Assembly: GCF_003918875.1 (NCBI RefSeq)
Contig: NW_025766002.1
Location: forward strand, 1,302,001-1,366,000
DNA length: 64,000 bases
Direction of reading: 5' to 3'
Source of the DNA: Haliotis rubra
Lineage: Eukaryota
The notes below the pieces were generated by a model. The model was given only the letters and a program-made list of their open reading frames with translations, was not told the origin of the DNA and searched no databases. Shown here piece after piece: positions 12,656-24,497 of this stretch (position 1 is the first letter of the stretch; each line of letters begins with the position of its first letter). Position numbers and translations under genes: made by a program.

Positions 12656-13490
12656 TCATGTGTTTTTGGGGATCAAATACACGGCGGATAAGGTAAAAAA
12701 TGTAACAAAAGGATCATCGGAACAACGTAACAACTTTTTCATCACAATATACTCAACAAAATAACTATCATGCAATCCTTTCGTAGTTCCATAACCGGTC
12801 CGGGACGCTTTCACCGCTCTCCACGTACTCTCAGTTTTATTGGTACACGCACCATTCTCTGCATTCACAAATTCCTTACTATGATTCACTGTCACATGCT
12901 CATATCCCATCTCATTCAGTCTGGCATACGCCTTCCAACAATCAGAATGAATTACTGATTCCAGTCGCACCTACTTTCTCAAAAGGGTATCCGCATCACG
13001 CTCTACAACTTCCAAAAACATCCTGTTACTTTCCTTCTCGATACCCCCAAACACCCACACACCATCCACTCGCCTTCCTCGATGAAACTTGCGCTTCCCA
13101 AACTTACTCTCATCAATCTCCACTTCAATCCCTGGCCCACCTATCATCTCATTCTCCTCTTCCATCACAAACAAACACACATCTCTGCAATAATTAAACC
13201 AGTCAACTAAAGTATGATCCGACCCCAGACGCAACTGCTTTTTCACAAAATTCTCTCTCACTTGATAAACCCAATAAAATGTCAATTTCATAAATTTACT
13301 AACGGACAAATGATAATTTAAAAAACAAGAATCACGCTTTGCTACAATCTTATAATTGCATTTTTTATTCGAACAACGCCACACATACCCCTCACTCCGA
13401 CTGGAATCCTTTCGCTTCCCGATACTACCACTGTCAAACCTCACACACTTCCCACTGAAATCTCCAATCAAACGAGCTATATAGAATACA
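12656..13490 (-). pseudogene. Merlin/IS1595-family DDE transposase with an in-frame stop
   Basis: WRCSNKKC zinc-ribbon half, VEIDESKFGKRKFHRGR..G.WVFGGIE, IHSDCWKAY, H.TVNHS..FV and TNKTESTW. An in-frame TAG at 12971-12973 separates ORFs 12971-13687 and 12656-12970. Confidence 0.9.
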
Positions 13491-13765
13491 TTTCTACTTC
13501 CGGGTCGGGGACCCGTAAAGTGCAGCTTTCCCGCGTTTTTGTTCTTATTCCATGCAACGTGATGTATTATGGTTGCTATGATACATAGGTTTTGTAAATA
13601 CACTTTGTTCCTAACATTTGCATAGATTCTGTGGGGTACGTCTTGACAGGTGAAATATCCAGCTGGTAATCTAAAAGAATGTGTCACCCAGGCACGCCAT
13701 GATATGTGTTATCTTATAGAAACCTTTAAATAGAAGCACACTGTACCACACTGAGCAGAAGCAAA

Positions 13766-15208
13766 ATGAGTTTCCTAAGAGCTGTATTTATTGTTTTTGC
13801 TTTTGTAATATGTGAGTGTGCAGAGAAACCTCACATTGTGTTTATCGTAGCTGATGACCTCGGATGGAACGACGTCGGATTTCGAAACCCTCAAATGATC
13901 ACTCCTAACCTGGACAGACTGGCAAAAGCGGGAGTCATCCTAAACTCTTCTTACGTCCAGCCTCTATGTTCGCCCTCCAGAAGCTGCTTCATGTCGGGAT
14001 ATTTCCCTTATCACACTGGACTACAAGATAGCGGTATTCCGATAGACGCAGCAAAATTCCTTCCCGCCAATCTAACAACGATCCCACAGAAACTGAAACA
14101 ACTTGGTTATGATGCTCACATGATTGGAAAGTGGCATTTAGGTTTCTGTAACTGGAAGTATACACCTACAGAGAGAGGCTTTGACTCCTACCTTGGATAT
14201 TACTCTGGTGATGAAGAATATTATAGTCACATGGCTCTGAATCGTAACGGTACAGAGGGATTTGATTTTCACTTCAACAAGACTGCCTTTCGAGACGACA
14301 ATGGGATCTACTCTGCAAATGAGTTCACTAATAGGGCTGTTCAAATCATTGAGGGCCATAACAACAGTAAGCCACTTTATCTGTACCTTCCATTCCAGTC
14401 TGTACATATACCTCTTGAAGTTCCAGCTAAATATGAAAACATGTACAAGAACATTGAAAACCAAAACAGAAGAATATATTGTGGAATGGCGACTGCGTTA
14501 GATGAGGCTGTGGGAAATATCACTAAGGCATTAGAAGACAAAGGTCTCATGGACAATCTATTGGTGGTCTTTACAACAGATAATGGGGGTCCCACATTTG
14601 TTGCTGCCAATAACTTGCCTTTACGAGGAGCCAAAAATACTCTCTGGGAAGGGGGAACGAAAGGAACTGGATTCATCTACAGTAAATCTCTTCTCAAGAA
14701 GACGGGCTACCTCAACACTGGAATGATGCATGCTGTGGACTGGTACCCGACATTGGTGGAGCTGGCTGGTGGAGAGAACACAGATCCCAACATGGACGGA
14801 GTCAGTCAGTACGACATGCTCATCAATGGTGGACCCAGCAAGCGAAATGAGTTCGTCTACAACATCTATGACGAGAGAGAAGCAGCTGCAATCAGGTACG
14901 GAGATCTCAAACTCATGCAAGGGAGTCCAGGAGCTCACAGTGGTTGGGCACCTTTGCCACATCTGGGAATAGATGAAGGTGTCTATGAAGCTGATAAGCA
15001 AACATTTCCTCCATTCATGCTCTACAACATTACTGCAGATCCAACCGAACACTTCGACCTCTCAGCCAAGTATCCTGATCTACTAGAAATGATGAAGAAG
15101 AGGCTAGAGAACTGGAAGAAGTCTCGTGTTCCACCACAGGACACTACCGCTGTGCCTGCAGCGAACCCAAAGTACTTCGGTGGTGTATGGAGTCCTGGGT
15201 GGTGTTGA
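13766..15208 (+). CDS. Arylsulfatase B-like copy 3 (480 aa, intact, intronless CDS)
   Basis: Signal peptide, KPHIVFIVADDLG, formylglycine motif CSPSR, GKWHLG, SVH, DNGG, RGAK, several N-glycosylation sequons and C-terminal WSPGWC. Confidence 0.95.
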   Translation: MSFLRAVFIVFAFVICECAEKPHIVFIVADDLGWNDVGFRNPQMITPNLDRLAKAGVILNSSYVQPLCSPSRSCFMSGYFPYHTGLQDSGIPIDAAKFLPANLTTIPQKLKQLGYDAHMIGKWHLGFCNWKYTPTERGFDSYLGYYSGDEEYYSHMALNRNGTEGFDFHFNKTAFRDDNGIYSANEFTNRAVQIIEGHNNSKPLYLYLPFQSVHIPLEVPAKYENMYKNIENQNRRIYCGMATALDEAVGNITKALEDKGLMDNLLVVFTTDNGGPTFVAANNLPLRGAKNTLWEGGTKGTGFIYSKSLLKKTGYLNTGMMHAVDWYPTLVELAGGENTDPNMDGVSQYDMLINGGPSKRNEFVYNIYDEREAAAIRYGDLKLMQGSPGAHSGWAPLPHLGIDEGVYEADKQTFPPFMLYNITADPTEHFDLSAKYPDLLEMMKKRLENWKKSRVPPQDTTAVPAANPKYFGGVWSPGWC

Positions 15209-15383
15209 TGTCTCACAAAAATACATTTTAATGCATAATAAAATACCAACGGTCACAGCTACTTGTCAAATCGAGTTTCAACTGCATCAAATAAATAATG
15301 CTAAAATAGTGAACATAGAAAGATTACAAGAATGGATCAAACATAATTGAATGTAACCCGGATACCTTCCATTACCACAAATG

Positions 15384-15542
15384 AGTGAGTGATGATGGTT
15401 TTACGCCACGTTTTGCAAAATTCCAGCAATATCACGGCGGGGACACCAATGGGTTTCACACATTTTACCCATGTTGGGAATTGAACCCGGGTCTTTGGCT
15501 TGACGAGCGAACGCTTTAACCACTAGGCTACCCCACCGCCCC
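15384..15542 (-). mobile_element. SINE family A
   Basis: Same body as 12286-12451, with imperfect TSD taccacaaatga / taccataaatga. Confidence 0.85.
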
Positions 15543-17763
15543 TACCATAAATGAACTTTTGGTCACAGAAATATAGGTATCTTTTTCATAAATATGCATC
15601 CACAATATATTATCCATAAATGTCTGAATGAATCCAACAATGCTAGATGTGTAACATCGTTAAAGGCTTCGGGTGGGCTCATGTATTTCCGAGGCTTGAG
15701 AAACGGACAACTAGCAAGTGTGAGGATGCGTCATCGTGTCACTCACCTAATGTGCTACCATCAATGTCGCGCAGACATGGACACAAACGTAACGGATTTC
15801 ATGGAACACATACATCTAACAGTGAACAAAAAACGACAATACATGATAAAGACTCACTGTAATCTGCCACGCCTTTCTGTCCTTCATGATATTTTGGTGC
15901 TCTTGAAGTTTAGGATCAAAATATGTGATATAGGCCAGTTATATATCATTTCGATATTCATTAAACTGTAACTAAAATCGACAAAAAACATTTCCATAAT
16001 TACAATATAGATATGGTACAAAAGAATACGTTGTCTTGACTATCTTCAGAAATAGATTCCCTCTGGTGTAATAGGCAAAATAGCACCGAAAAATAATGGA
16101 TCGCTGAACATCAGCCATGACCCCAGGTGTTCGCGTGAAAACGTAAATACTGTACTGTCCGAAGCCACACAGTGTTAAATATATCTATTAAAGGCAATGT
16201 CCATTCACGTTTCCGACTGTATAATAAGCACATATACTAAGCAGTATGAAAGTGAGCGGGAGTAACTATTTGAGTGGATCACTTAAAATCAGTGATGACA
16301 CCAAATGTTCTATAAAAGAGTAGGCTTCTATAAAAGAGTAGGCTTGCCAGTCCCTACCAGAAGCACCTTACGCACACAATTTGCTACAATTTCGCACACG
16401 TCGTACAACAGCGCTCCTGCCATGCGACGGAGGGTGTCAACAATCCAGACAATCAAGTGTAAAAGTGAAGTGATTCTGATGCTATAATGTACAGAAAAGG
16501 TTTAAATGCATGTCAGTTGTTCCCCATGGACAGAGACAGGGTTATGTGGTACAAATCAAAACAGGTCATTATGTTACTTTCTCAATGATGCGTCAAATTT
16601 GAATATGTTTCCCTGAAAAGATTGCAGAATCGTGTATGTTCTATTACAATTTGGTGGAAAGAGTATGCTTGACTGCACCTGAGTAGTTGTAAAATGTAAT
16701 GGCTCGAGTCTGAAGATGCTCGTCTTAGCTGGAGAGTTGACTATTGACTAGTTGAAGTCATCCCACTTGTGTTGCAATCTTAGGGAGTGTCTTTAGTCAT
16801 TTTGAATCGTTACGCACATATCAAATACTAAATATGAAACGTATGAGGGGATTCATGTGGTCATCCAGTCATACGTTTATCATTTTGGTGGTACTAAAAT
16901 AATAGTAATTATAAGTGCGTTTTGATAACCCAAGCTGCCTGTGAGGCGTCAGAAGGTTAAAAGTCACATGACTTATCCCTCTGGTACCCATTTTCTGCTG
17001 GGTAAACAGAGGCAATTTTGAACAAACTCACATGCCAAAGGTCAAACCACATGTATCACATTTCCTTCTGCACTGATTAGGTCATAATTAGTTTTCTCTT
17101 TCAATTGAGGTAGTGAGTTTAGTTTTACGCCGATTTAGCAATATTCCAAATTTGTTTCTGTGTCATCCTGAATGCCACAAAAGGTGTATTTTATCTCTGA
17201 CCAAAATCCGCTATATTCAACCCAACTTTAGAAACAGTGAAAAGCATTAGAGTGACGTGTAAAAAGATTTACTTTAAAAAGAACAACGATTTTTTGGATA
17301 AGTTATTCACATTTGAAACATGGTGTCGTACGTCTTTCCGTGAGCTTCATGTCATTATGAGTTCAGGTTTTCTTAAATGCAAGGTTTTTTTAGAATCAAA
17401 CATTAAGTTACTCAATTCAACAACACAGTAGCGGTGAAGACGGATGTTTTTACTTAAGCGTTTATGTCAATATATTTCATATTCACTGACTAATTCTAAC
17501 ATTTCTTTGATGGGCTTTTTAGAAGTTGAGTTGATGAAGAATAATGACAATTTTTATGGATATACTTGCTTGGCAACGACATTAGAATCTATGTCGAAAC
17601 GTCGCCTCCACAGAATAAAAGAAGTTTTATATCCATAATAATTATCATTATGCTTAATCCTAACATCCAATGAATCAGCACATCAGTCAAACCAAAATCA
17701 AAATTGTTTTCTGCAAGTACAATGTAGACTGTTCCATTTTGTGCTTCATCAAAAAATGATCGT

Positions 17764-17898
17764 CTGGAAAGTGTCGATGTAAGCATTCCTTCCAAAGATA
17801 AGAATTTAAACTGACAAAAGTAAGGTTAGTCACATGTTATGTTATCTTTGAAACAACCTTATAAACGAATGCGTTTTAAAGCACATGTTAGACACAAC
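17764..17898 (+). promoter_or_regulatory. Conserved upstream block of copy 4 (two GATA sites plus TATA)
   Basis: AGATAAG at about 17796, GTTATCT at 17841 and TATAAA at about 17860. The block is colinear with the upstream regions of copies 6-11. Confidence 0.55.
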
Positions 17899-19341
17899 AT
17901 GCATTTGTCATCAGCTATAAGCCTCCTTTTGACCGCAGTTCTCTGTGACTGTGCAGAGAAACCTCACATTGTTTTCATAGTTGCTGATGACCTCGGATGG
18001 AACGATGTTGGATTTCGGAACCCTCAAATGATCACACCTAACCTTGACAGACTGGCCACAGCGGGAGTCATCCTCAACTCTTCTTACGTCCAGCCCCTGT
18101 GTTCGCCCTCCAGAAACTGCTTCATGTCAGGATATTTCCCTTATCACACTGGACTTCAGGATGGCGTTATTGGGACTGACCAAGCAAAGTTCCTTCCTGC
18201 CAATCTAACAACAATCCCACAGAAACTGAAACAACTTGGCTATGATACTCACATGGTTGGGAAGTGGCATCTTGGCTTCTGTAACTGGAAGTATACACCC
18301 ACAGAGAGAGGCTTTGACTCCTACCTTGGATATTACTCTGGTGCTGAGGACTATTTTACTCACATAAAAGCGCCATCCGATGATGAAGAGGGGCTAGATT
18401 TTCGCTACAACAAGAGTGCCTATAGAGATGCCAATGGAACGTATTCTGCATACGTGTTTGCAGACAGAGCTGTTACAATCATTCAGAACCACGATAACAA
18501 TAAGCCACTTTATATGTACCTTCCATTCCAATCGGTACATGAACCTCTTCAAGTTCCAACTAAATATGAAAACATGTATCAGAACATAGAAACCAAAAAC
18601 AGAAGGGTATATTGTGGAATGGTGACTGCGTTAGACGAAGCAGTTGGCAATATCACGAAGGCATTAGAAGAAAAAGGGCTTATGGACAATCTATTGTTGG
18701 TCTTTACAACCGATAATGGTGGTCCAACATATGATGCTGCTAATAACCTGCCCTTACGAGGAGCCAAAGATACTCTCTGGGAAGGGGGAACGAAAGGAAC
18801 TGGATTCATCTACAGTAAAAACCTTCTCAAGAAGACGGGCTACCTCAATACTGGAATGATGCATGCTGTGGACTGGTACCCGACATTGGTGGAGCTGGCT
18901 GGTGGTGAAAACACAGATCCCGACATGGACGGAGTCAGTCAGTACGACATGCTGATTAATGGTGGACCAAGCAAGCGAAATGAGTTCGTCTACAACATCT
19001 ATGACCACACTGATGCAGCTGCAATACGGTACGGACATCTTAAGCTCATCCAAGGCAGTCCAGGGATTCACAATGGTTGGGCTCCTTTGCCACATCTGGG
19101 AATTGATGAACGTGTTTATGAAGCTGATAACCAAGCGTTCCCTCCCTTCATGCTCTACAACATCACTGCAGATCCAACAGAACACTTTGACCTCTCAGCC
19201 AAATACCCTGAGCTTGTGGACATGATGAAGAAGAGGCTGGTGAATTGGAAGAAGTCTAGTGTCCCGGCCCAAAGCACTTCCCCTGTTCCAAAAGCGAACC
19301 CCAAATACTATGGGGGTGTTTGGAGTCCTGGGTGGTGTTGA
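17899..19341 (+). CDS. Arylsulfatase B-like copy 4 (480 aa from the ATG at 17899)
   Basis: All sulfatase motifs are intact. The start was chosen by alignment of the signal peptide MHLSSAISLLLTAVLCDC and the caacATG context. Confidence 0.95.
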   Translation: MHLSSAISLLLTAVLCDCAEKPHIVFIVADDLGWNDVGFRNPQMITPNLDRLATAGVILNSSYVQPLCSPSRNCFMSGYFPYHTGLQDGVIGTDQAKFLPANLTTIPQKLKQLGYDTHMVGKWHLGFCNWKYTPTERGFDSYLGYYSGAEDYFTHIKAPSDDEEGLDFRYNKSAYRDANGTYSAYVFADRAVTIIQNHDNNKPLYMYLPFQSVHEPLQVPTKYENMYQNIETKNRRVYCGMVTALDEAVGNITKALEEKGLMDNLLLVFTTDNGGPTYDAANNLPLRGAKDTLWEGGTKGTGFIYSKNLLKKTGYLNTGMMHAVDWYPTLVELAGGENTDPDMDGVSQYDMLINGGPSKRNEFVYNIYDHTDAAAIRYGHLKLIQGSPGIHNGWAPLPHLGIDERVYEADNQAFPPFMLYNITADPTEHFDLSAKYPELVDMMKKRLVNWKKSSVPAQSTSPVPKANPKYYGGVWSPGWC

Positions 19342-20259
19342 CAGAAGCTAGGATGGGATACAAATTAAAAGTGCTCGGCATAGTTATTAAATATCCAAGA
19401 TAGACTTTTTCGCATTTGATTGTCTGCAATTAGATTCGTATTTCTGATCATTTATTCGGATTTGTTGGTGACACCTTGAAACCAAAATGTAGAAAGTTAG
19501 ATACAAGTAAAGATGTGTTTCGTCAACAAATTACCAGTTGTCCTGTTTGGTGTAAGGGGTGACTTAAGAAGTGAGACGGTCAGCCTTGCTGACTTTCGCT
19601 GATGATTGTGATTTCAGTTACTGACCCACCGTTACTGTCACCGACTTACGAGAATGTGGTGGTTAGACTTACTGACTTGGTTGATGCTCATGATATGAAT
19701 AACTGGATTGTCTGGTCAAGACTCTAATATTGAAATAGAACCGACAAAACCCTATCCCTTTCTTACGGATGTGGAAAGGGTTTTGTCGCTTCTATTTACA
19801 GCTGCATGATGTTGTTTGTAAACAAATCGCGTCCGGACAACTGCCGTCACATAACTGGAATTTGTTGGGTGTGGCTTTAAACAAACAATCAATAAAATGG
19901 TAAAACACCCAGTGGGACAGGTCGTCTAAGGCGCTATAATTCGCTGTTAAGAGTTGTCTTCCTGATATGTATGTTTATATCGTAGGAATAAAACCTTACT
20001 CACTCACTCACTCACCAGCCACTCTCCAACTCACTCACACACTCACTCGCTTCTATACTACTGGTCTATTGATGTCAAACTCTGTGCAAGCATACACAGG
20101 AGCACTAAATAAGTACCATCTGAACCGAAAGGTAAGTGTTTTATTGGTACGAGCAAGCGATCATACCCCGGCATACTAGAATGCACATGTAAAGCACGTG
20201 CTTCAAACTATATCTCTACAGCTCTGGGACGCATGTTCACGTGCTGCGAAGCCGCCAAG

Positions 20260-20630
20260 TATATACGGGTACACTTTTCATAAATGCAATATGCGCACAT
20301 AAGTGTTCTGAACTGATTTAGAATAACTTTTCTTCACAAGTCAAGACGCGGACTTTCAGAAAATACATGATGGCAGAACAATGGTATAGTATACATGGAG
20401 AAGGGATGTCCCATCGCAACATCCTGTCCTGTCAGTGCTTACTTGAACATTTACCACGCAGTTGTTAGTCCACTTGTGAGGAAGCCCTCGGACATCGATA
20501 AAGCAGAGGATCCTGAAGACTGGAAAAGACAAATGACCATGATGACCGAGTCCAAATTAATCTCGTAAGACGCAATACAATGACCCATGCCGAAGAACTG
20601 CACCGGCAGTGGAGAATGGGAGTGTGACTA
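20260..20630 (+). mobile_element. Possible degenerate Tc1-like transposase N-terminal remnant
   Basis: Frameshifted HTH-like reading (GMSHRNI...HDDRV..NLVRRNTMTHAEELHRQW). Confidence 0.35.
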
Positions 20631-20635
20631 AAGTA

Positions 20636-21387
20636 CTGTCGGAAATAGAAAAAAAACTGTTTTTAGGCTGTTACTCTGTATCCCTAAGATTTACACAATT
20701 GCAAATAGTATATGTCGCAATAATCCACATCGGCCTAACTTGGCGTCAGTGGGATGCTTAATTGGATATCCAGAAAGCACGTTTACTCGTACAATCGGGC
20801 AAAAAATACGTATAGCTGCATGAGATGCATGAGGTACAAGGGTCCATCTCAAAGATATTTGTTCTTTTTCATGTGAGTTGAATATGTCTCATTTAACATC
20901 TTGTGTGTCTTTCTTTCATAAGGTTTATGTGAAAGAGTATGATACCCATAGAAAAGCTTAAATCAAACCATCGTATTTTATGTCTCAAAATATATATGTG
21001 GCATGACCACCCGAAGATCAACAGGGCCCCGTTCCTCAAAGCGATCGTAGCGCTACGACAGTCGTAAGTCTATGTTAAAGTATGGGAGTTACGATCACCT
21101 TAGCGCTACGATCGCTTTGAGGAACGGGGCCCTGGGACTGCATATTTTTTGTAAATTGTTATGACATGCCGTTTACTTCCCCAGTGTAATTCCCCTAAAG
21201 GATTATCTCATCTTAGCTGGTATCTCTATCCAGATATCTACCCAGTCCGACCCCAACCACCGTCTGCGACACCCGTCCGGGTTTTGCTTTTGAGACGACC
21301 CCTCCTACCGGTTTCTTTTTGTAGTGATAGTCAGACTCCAAAGTAGCTACATCCTTAACAGTTTCAGTATTAAAGTTATCATTGTAA
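20636..21387 (-). mobile_element. Truncated TIR element related to 61914-63208, abutting and replacing the 5' end of copy 5
   Basis: Same terminus gta-ctgtcggaaat..aaaaa.tg.ttttt and shared internal sequence cgtcc.gg..ttgcttttgagacg (VSKA.PGR on the minus strand). Confidence 0.65.
21022..21134. mobile_element. Palindromic MITE (PIF/Harbinger-like ends)
   Basis: Perfect inverted repeats of about 34 bp, cagggccccgttcctcaaagcgatcgtagcgcta / tagcgctacgatcgctttgaggaacggggccctg. Confidence 0.85.
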
Positions 21388-22806
21388 CGCCTTTTGTTGA
21401 CTGTAGTTCTCTCTCTGTGTGTGCAGAGAAGCCTCACATTATATTGATGCTGATGACCTAGGCTGGAACGATGTTGGGTTTCGAAACCCTCAAATGATCA
21501 CACCTAACCTGGACAGACTGGCCAAAGCGGGAGTCATCCTCAACTCTTCCTATGTCCAGCATTTGTGTTCGCCCTCAAGACACTGCTTCGTGTCAGGATA
21601 TTTCACATATCACACAGGACTACAAGATGACGTTATTGCAGTAAACGAAGCAAAACACCTACCGGCCAATCTAACAACAATCCCTCAGAAATGAAACAAC
21701 TTGGCTATGATGCTCACATGGTTGGGAAGTGGCATCTTGGTTTCTGTAACTGGAAGTATACAACCACAGAGAGAGGCTTTGACTCCTATCTTGCATGTTA
21801 TTGTGGTGCTGAAGGATATTTTAACCACACGATAAGGGGAGGCCATGGTGAAGTAGGACTGGATTTTCGCTATAACAAGACTGTCTATAGAGATGCCAAT
21901 GGAACCTATTCTGCACACGTGTTTGCAGACAGAGCTATTGAAATCATTCAGAACCACGACAATAGTAAGCCACTTTATCTGTACCTTCCATTCCAGTCTG
22001 TACATATACCTCTTGAAGTTCCAGCTAAATATGAAAACATGTACAAGAACATTGAAAACCAAAAGAGAAGAATCTACTGTGGAATGGTGAGTGCTTTAGA
22101 CGAAGCTGTAGGAAATATCACTCAGGCATCAGAAGAAAAAGGCCTCTTGGACAATCTATTGTTGGTCTTTACAACTGATAATGGGGGTCCCACATTTGTT
22201 GCTGTCAATAATCTGCCTTTACGGGGAGCCAAAACTACTCTCTGGGAAGGGGGAACGAAAGGAACTGGATTCATCTACAGTAAAAACCTTCTCAAGAAGA
22301 CTGGCTACCTCAACACTGGAATGATGCATGCGGTGGACTGGTACCCGACATTGGTGGAGCTGGCTGGTGGAGAGAACACAGATCCCAACATGGACGGAGT
22401 CAGTCAGTTCGACATGCTCATCAATGGTGGACCAAGCAAGCGGAATGAGTTCGTCTACAACATCTATGACGAGATTGATGCAGCTGCAATCAGGTACGGA
22501 GATCTCAAGCTCATCCAAGGGAGTCCAGGAATTCACAACGGTTGGGCACCTTTGCCACATCTGGGAATTGATGAAGGTGTCTATGAAGCTGATAACCAAA
22601 CGTTCCCTCCCTTCATGCTATACAACATTACTGCAGATCCAACCGAACACTTCGACCTCTCAGCCAAATACCCTGAGCTTGTGGATATGATGAAGAAAAG
22701 ACTGGAGAACGGGAAGAAATCCCGTGTCCCGGCCCAGGACCCTTCTGTTGTTCCAAGAGCGAACCCGAAATACTATGGCGGTGTTTGGAGTCCTGGATGG
22801 TGCTGA
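21388..22806 (+). pseudogene. Arylsulfatase B-like copy 5, pseudogene
   Basis: Start codon and promoter are missing. There is a deletion of about 4 nt at about 21445 and a 1-nt deletion at about 21690, plus substitutions at otherwise invariant residues (QHLC, FTYH, YTTTE, LACYC, ENGKK). Confidence 0.92.
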
Positions 22807-23156
22807 AACAAACTAAGATGGTACACACATTCAATGTGCAAGACATATTTTTGCAACAGATTCTCTGTAAATGCTATTGACATTGACTGCATTTGCCAAC
22901 CGCAGTGTTTATTTACGAACATTTGGTGCAATATGTATGAAAATAATAAACAAAATAATAATCGATCTATACATTTTAGTCTGGATATTATCTGGTTTTC
23001 TTCATCAGGTGAGCATTCCGTGAAGATTCCATAGGATGTAATAAGCGCGTTACTCCCGCAATCAACCACCTTCTCACTCTCATGCACAAACACACTTACT
23101 TACTTTTTTCTCGATATCAAAATAGAAGCAAGCGGATTTAAAGAAGATTATATTTT

Positions 23157-23298
23157 CGTGAGTGAGTGTGGTTTTAACAATTATCGAAAAATGTCACGGC
23201 AGGGGACATAAAAAATAGACTTCACAGTTTGTACTCGAAAATCCGGTCTTTGACTCGACGAGCAAATGCTTTAATCCATCGGCTTTCCCACCGTCCCT
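23157..23298 (-). mobile_element. Old SINE family A copy shared with the 3' flanks of copies 7 and 8 (about 37880-38000, about 41942-42070)
   Basis: gtgagtgagtgtggttttaacaa...ctttcccaccgtccct lies at the homologous position in three flanks. Confidence 0.7.
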
Positions 23299-24300
23299 AG
23301 ATGTTTTGTTTTAGCAGTTGGCAACTTGTAAGTATTAAGTTGGAGCACGTGTACCTTAGTCATGCAAAGTTTGCATCTCTTAGCTGTCCTTCGATCGATA
23401 AGTAGATTTGCCTTTGGTCCTTTATATTAAGAAAATATCCATTCCTTTGGGCTTTACTGTCCCTGACATACCGTGAAGTAGCTTCAATACTGTTCAAACG
23501 GGCGGTGTTAAGTTCAACTCACTTTCAAACAGCCTTGTAGAAGAAATAGGAATTAGTGCCCTGGTGTATTGATTGTAATTTTGACAATTGGCCGAAGGGA
23601 AAACTGTTTCGAATCTTTGGTGGTGTTAGTGGCAGCTTCTCTTCGCCGTTGGTGTCGCTGTTTAGAACATATATAAGATATCAGTTGAAGATATCAGTGT
23701 CCGTGACAACATTAACACTGTACTGTTAGCCATAAAATGTGAAACTAGTCGTAGCCAGGCAACAACACACTCTGCATCACCTTCACTGAAACATTATGAA
23801 AGTGAAAACACTTCGGCTACTGAGAAAAAGATTAAATTCCCGGGGTCCAAGTGCCGCCGTCTCCGACCGGGTCCTGAAGCCCATGAAGCCAACGCATCAA
23901 TGCAAATTGCCTTCTCAGAAACATCACTGAAAAGGATGCGTTCAGACCTATTTGTGTGATTTTTAACGGATTTATATTTTAATGTTTCACATGAACCCAT
24001 TTTTTTTTTCTCGAGAGCGTGACATGAGTTGTACTGTGATAAATCTCAGGCCAAATACATGAGAGATGGCAGGTATGAAAATATGTTCTAACCAACGTTC
24101 ATTTATGTTGTATTCTTTCGACATCAAAATCAAATTAAGGAGTTTCTGTATAAACACGTTGCTGAGGGTTATGAGATATTGTAACTGACATATTTAACTA
24201 ATCACTGATCTGGAACTAACTGTCAACTATCCATTAGTTAATAACTAAATGTCAACATTAAATTCCTGTACAAATGTTACCATTACCTGGTGTACCAATA

Positions 24301-24497
24301 CGTAAGAGGCGACTAACGGGATCGGGTAGTCAGGCTCGCTGACTTGGTTGACACATGTCATCAGTTCCCAATTGCGCAGATCGATGCTCATGCTGTTGAT
24401 CACTGGATTGTCTGGTCCAGACTCGATTATTTACAGACCGCCGCCATATAGCTGGAATATTGCTGAGTGCGGCGTAAAATTAAACTCTCACACTCAC
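24301..24497 (+). mobile_element. 5'-truncated SINE family B (GTAAGAGGCGACTAA core, CACT tail)
   Basis: gtaagaggcgactaacgggatcggg...cactggattgtctggtccagactcg...ctggaatattgctgagtgcggcgtaaa. TSD ctggtgta.caata. Absent from the homologous site at about 44012. Fragments also occur at about 2220-2310, 19550-19730 and 33420-33610. Confidence 0.8.

Larger units (their letters stand above)
11871..13532 (-). mobile_element. Merlin (IS1016/IS1595-like) DNA transposon, near full length, defective
   Basis: Imperfect TIRs gggtagactgcactgtacgggtccccg / cggggacccgtaaagtgcagctttccc, a perfect 8-bp TSD GCGTTTTT (11863-11870 and 13533-13540), and an internal transposase. Confidence 0.92.

Noticed and set aside
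13533-13687. N-terminal part of ORF 12971-13687 as transposase
   Set aside because: It lies outside the Merlin TIR/TSD boundary and is fortuitous read-through into host upstream sequence.
14621-15052. Recurrent antisense and alternative-frame ORFs (about 143, 111 and 120 aa) overlapping most sulfatase copies
   Set aside because: They are shadows of the near-identical sense CDS. Their lengths vary between copies, they often start at non-ATG codons, and they have no recognisable domain.
13766-15208. Bacterial origin or contamination suggested by intronless genes
   Set aside because: The genes are embedded among animal SINEs and LINEs, have N-glycosylation sequons and an animal ARSB-like C-terminus, and show no operon structure. 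An ancient transfer is not supported by anything visible, though only a phylogeny could exclude it.
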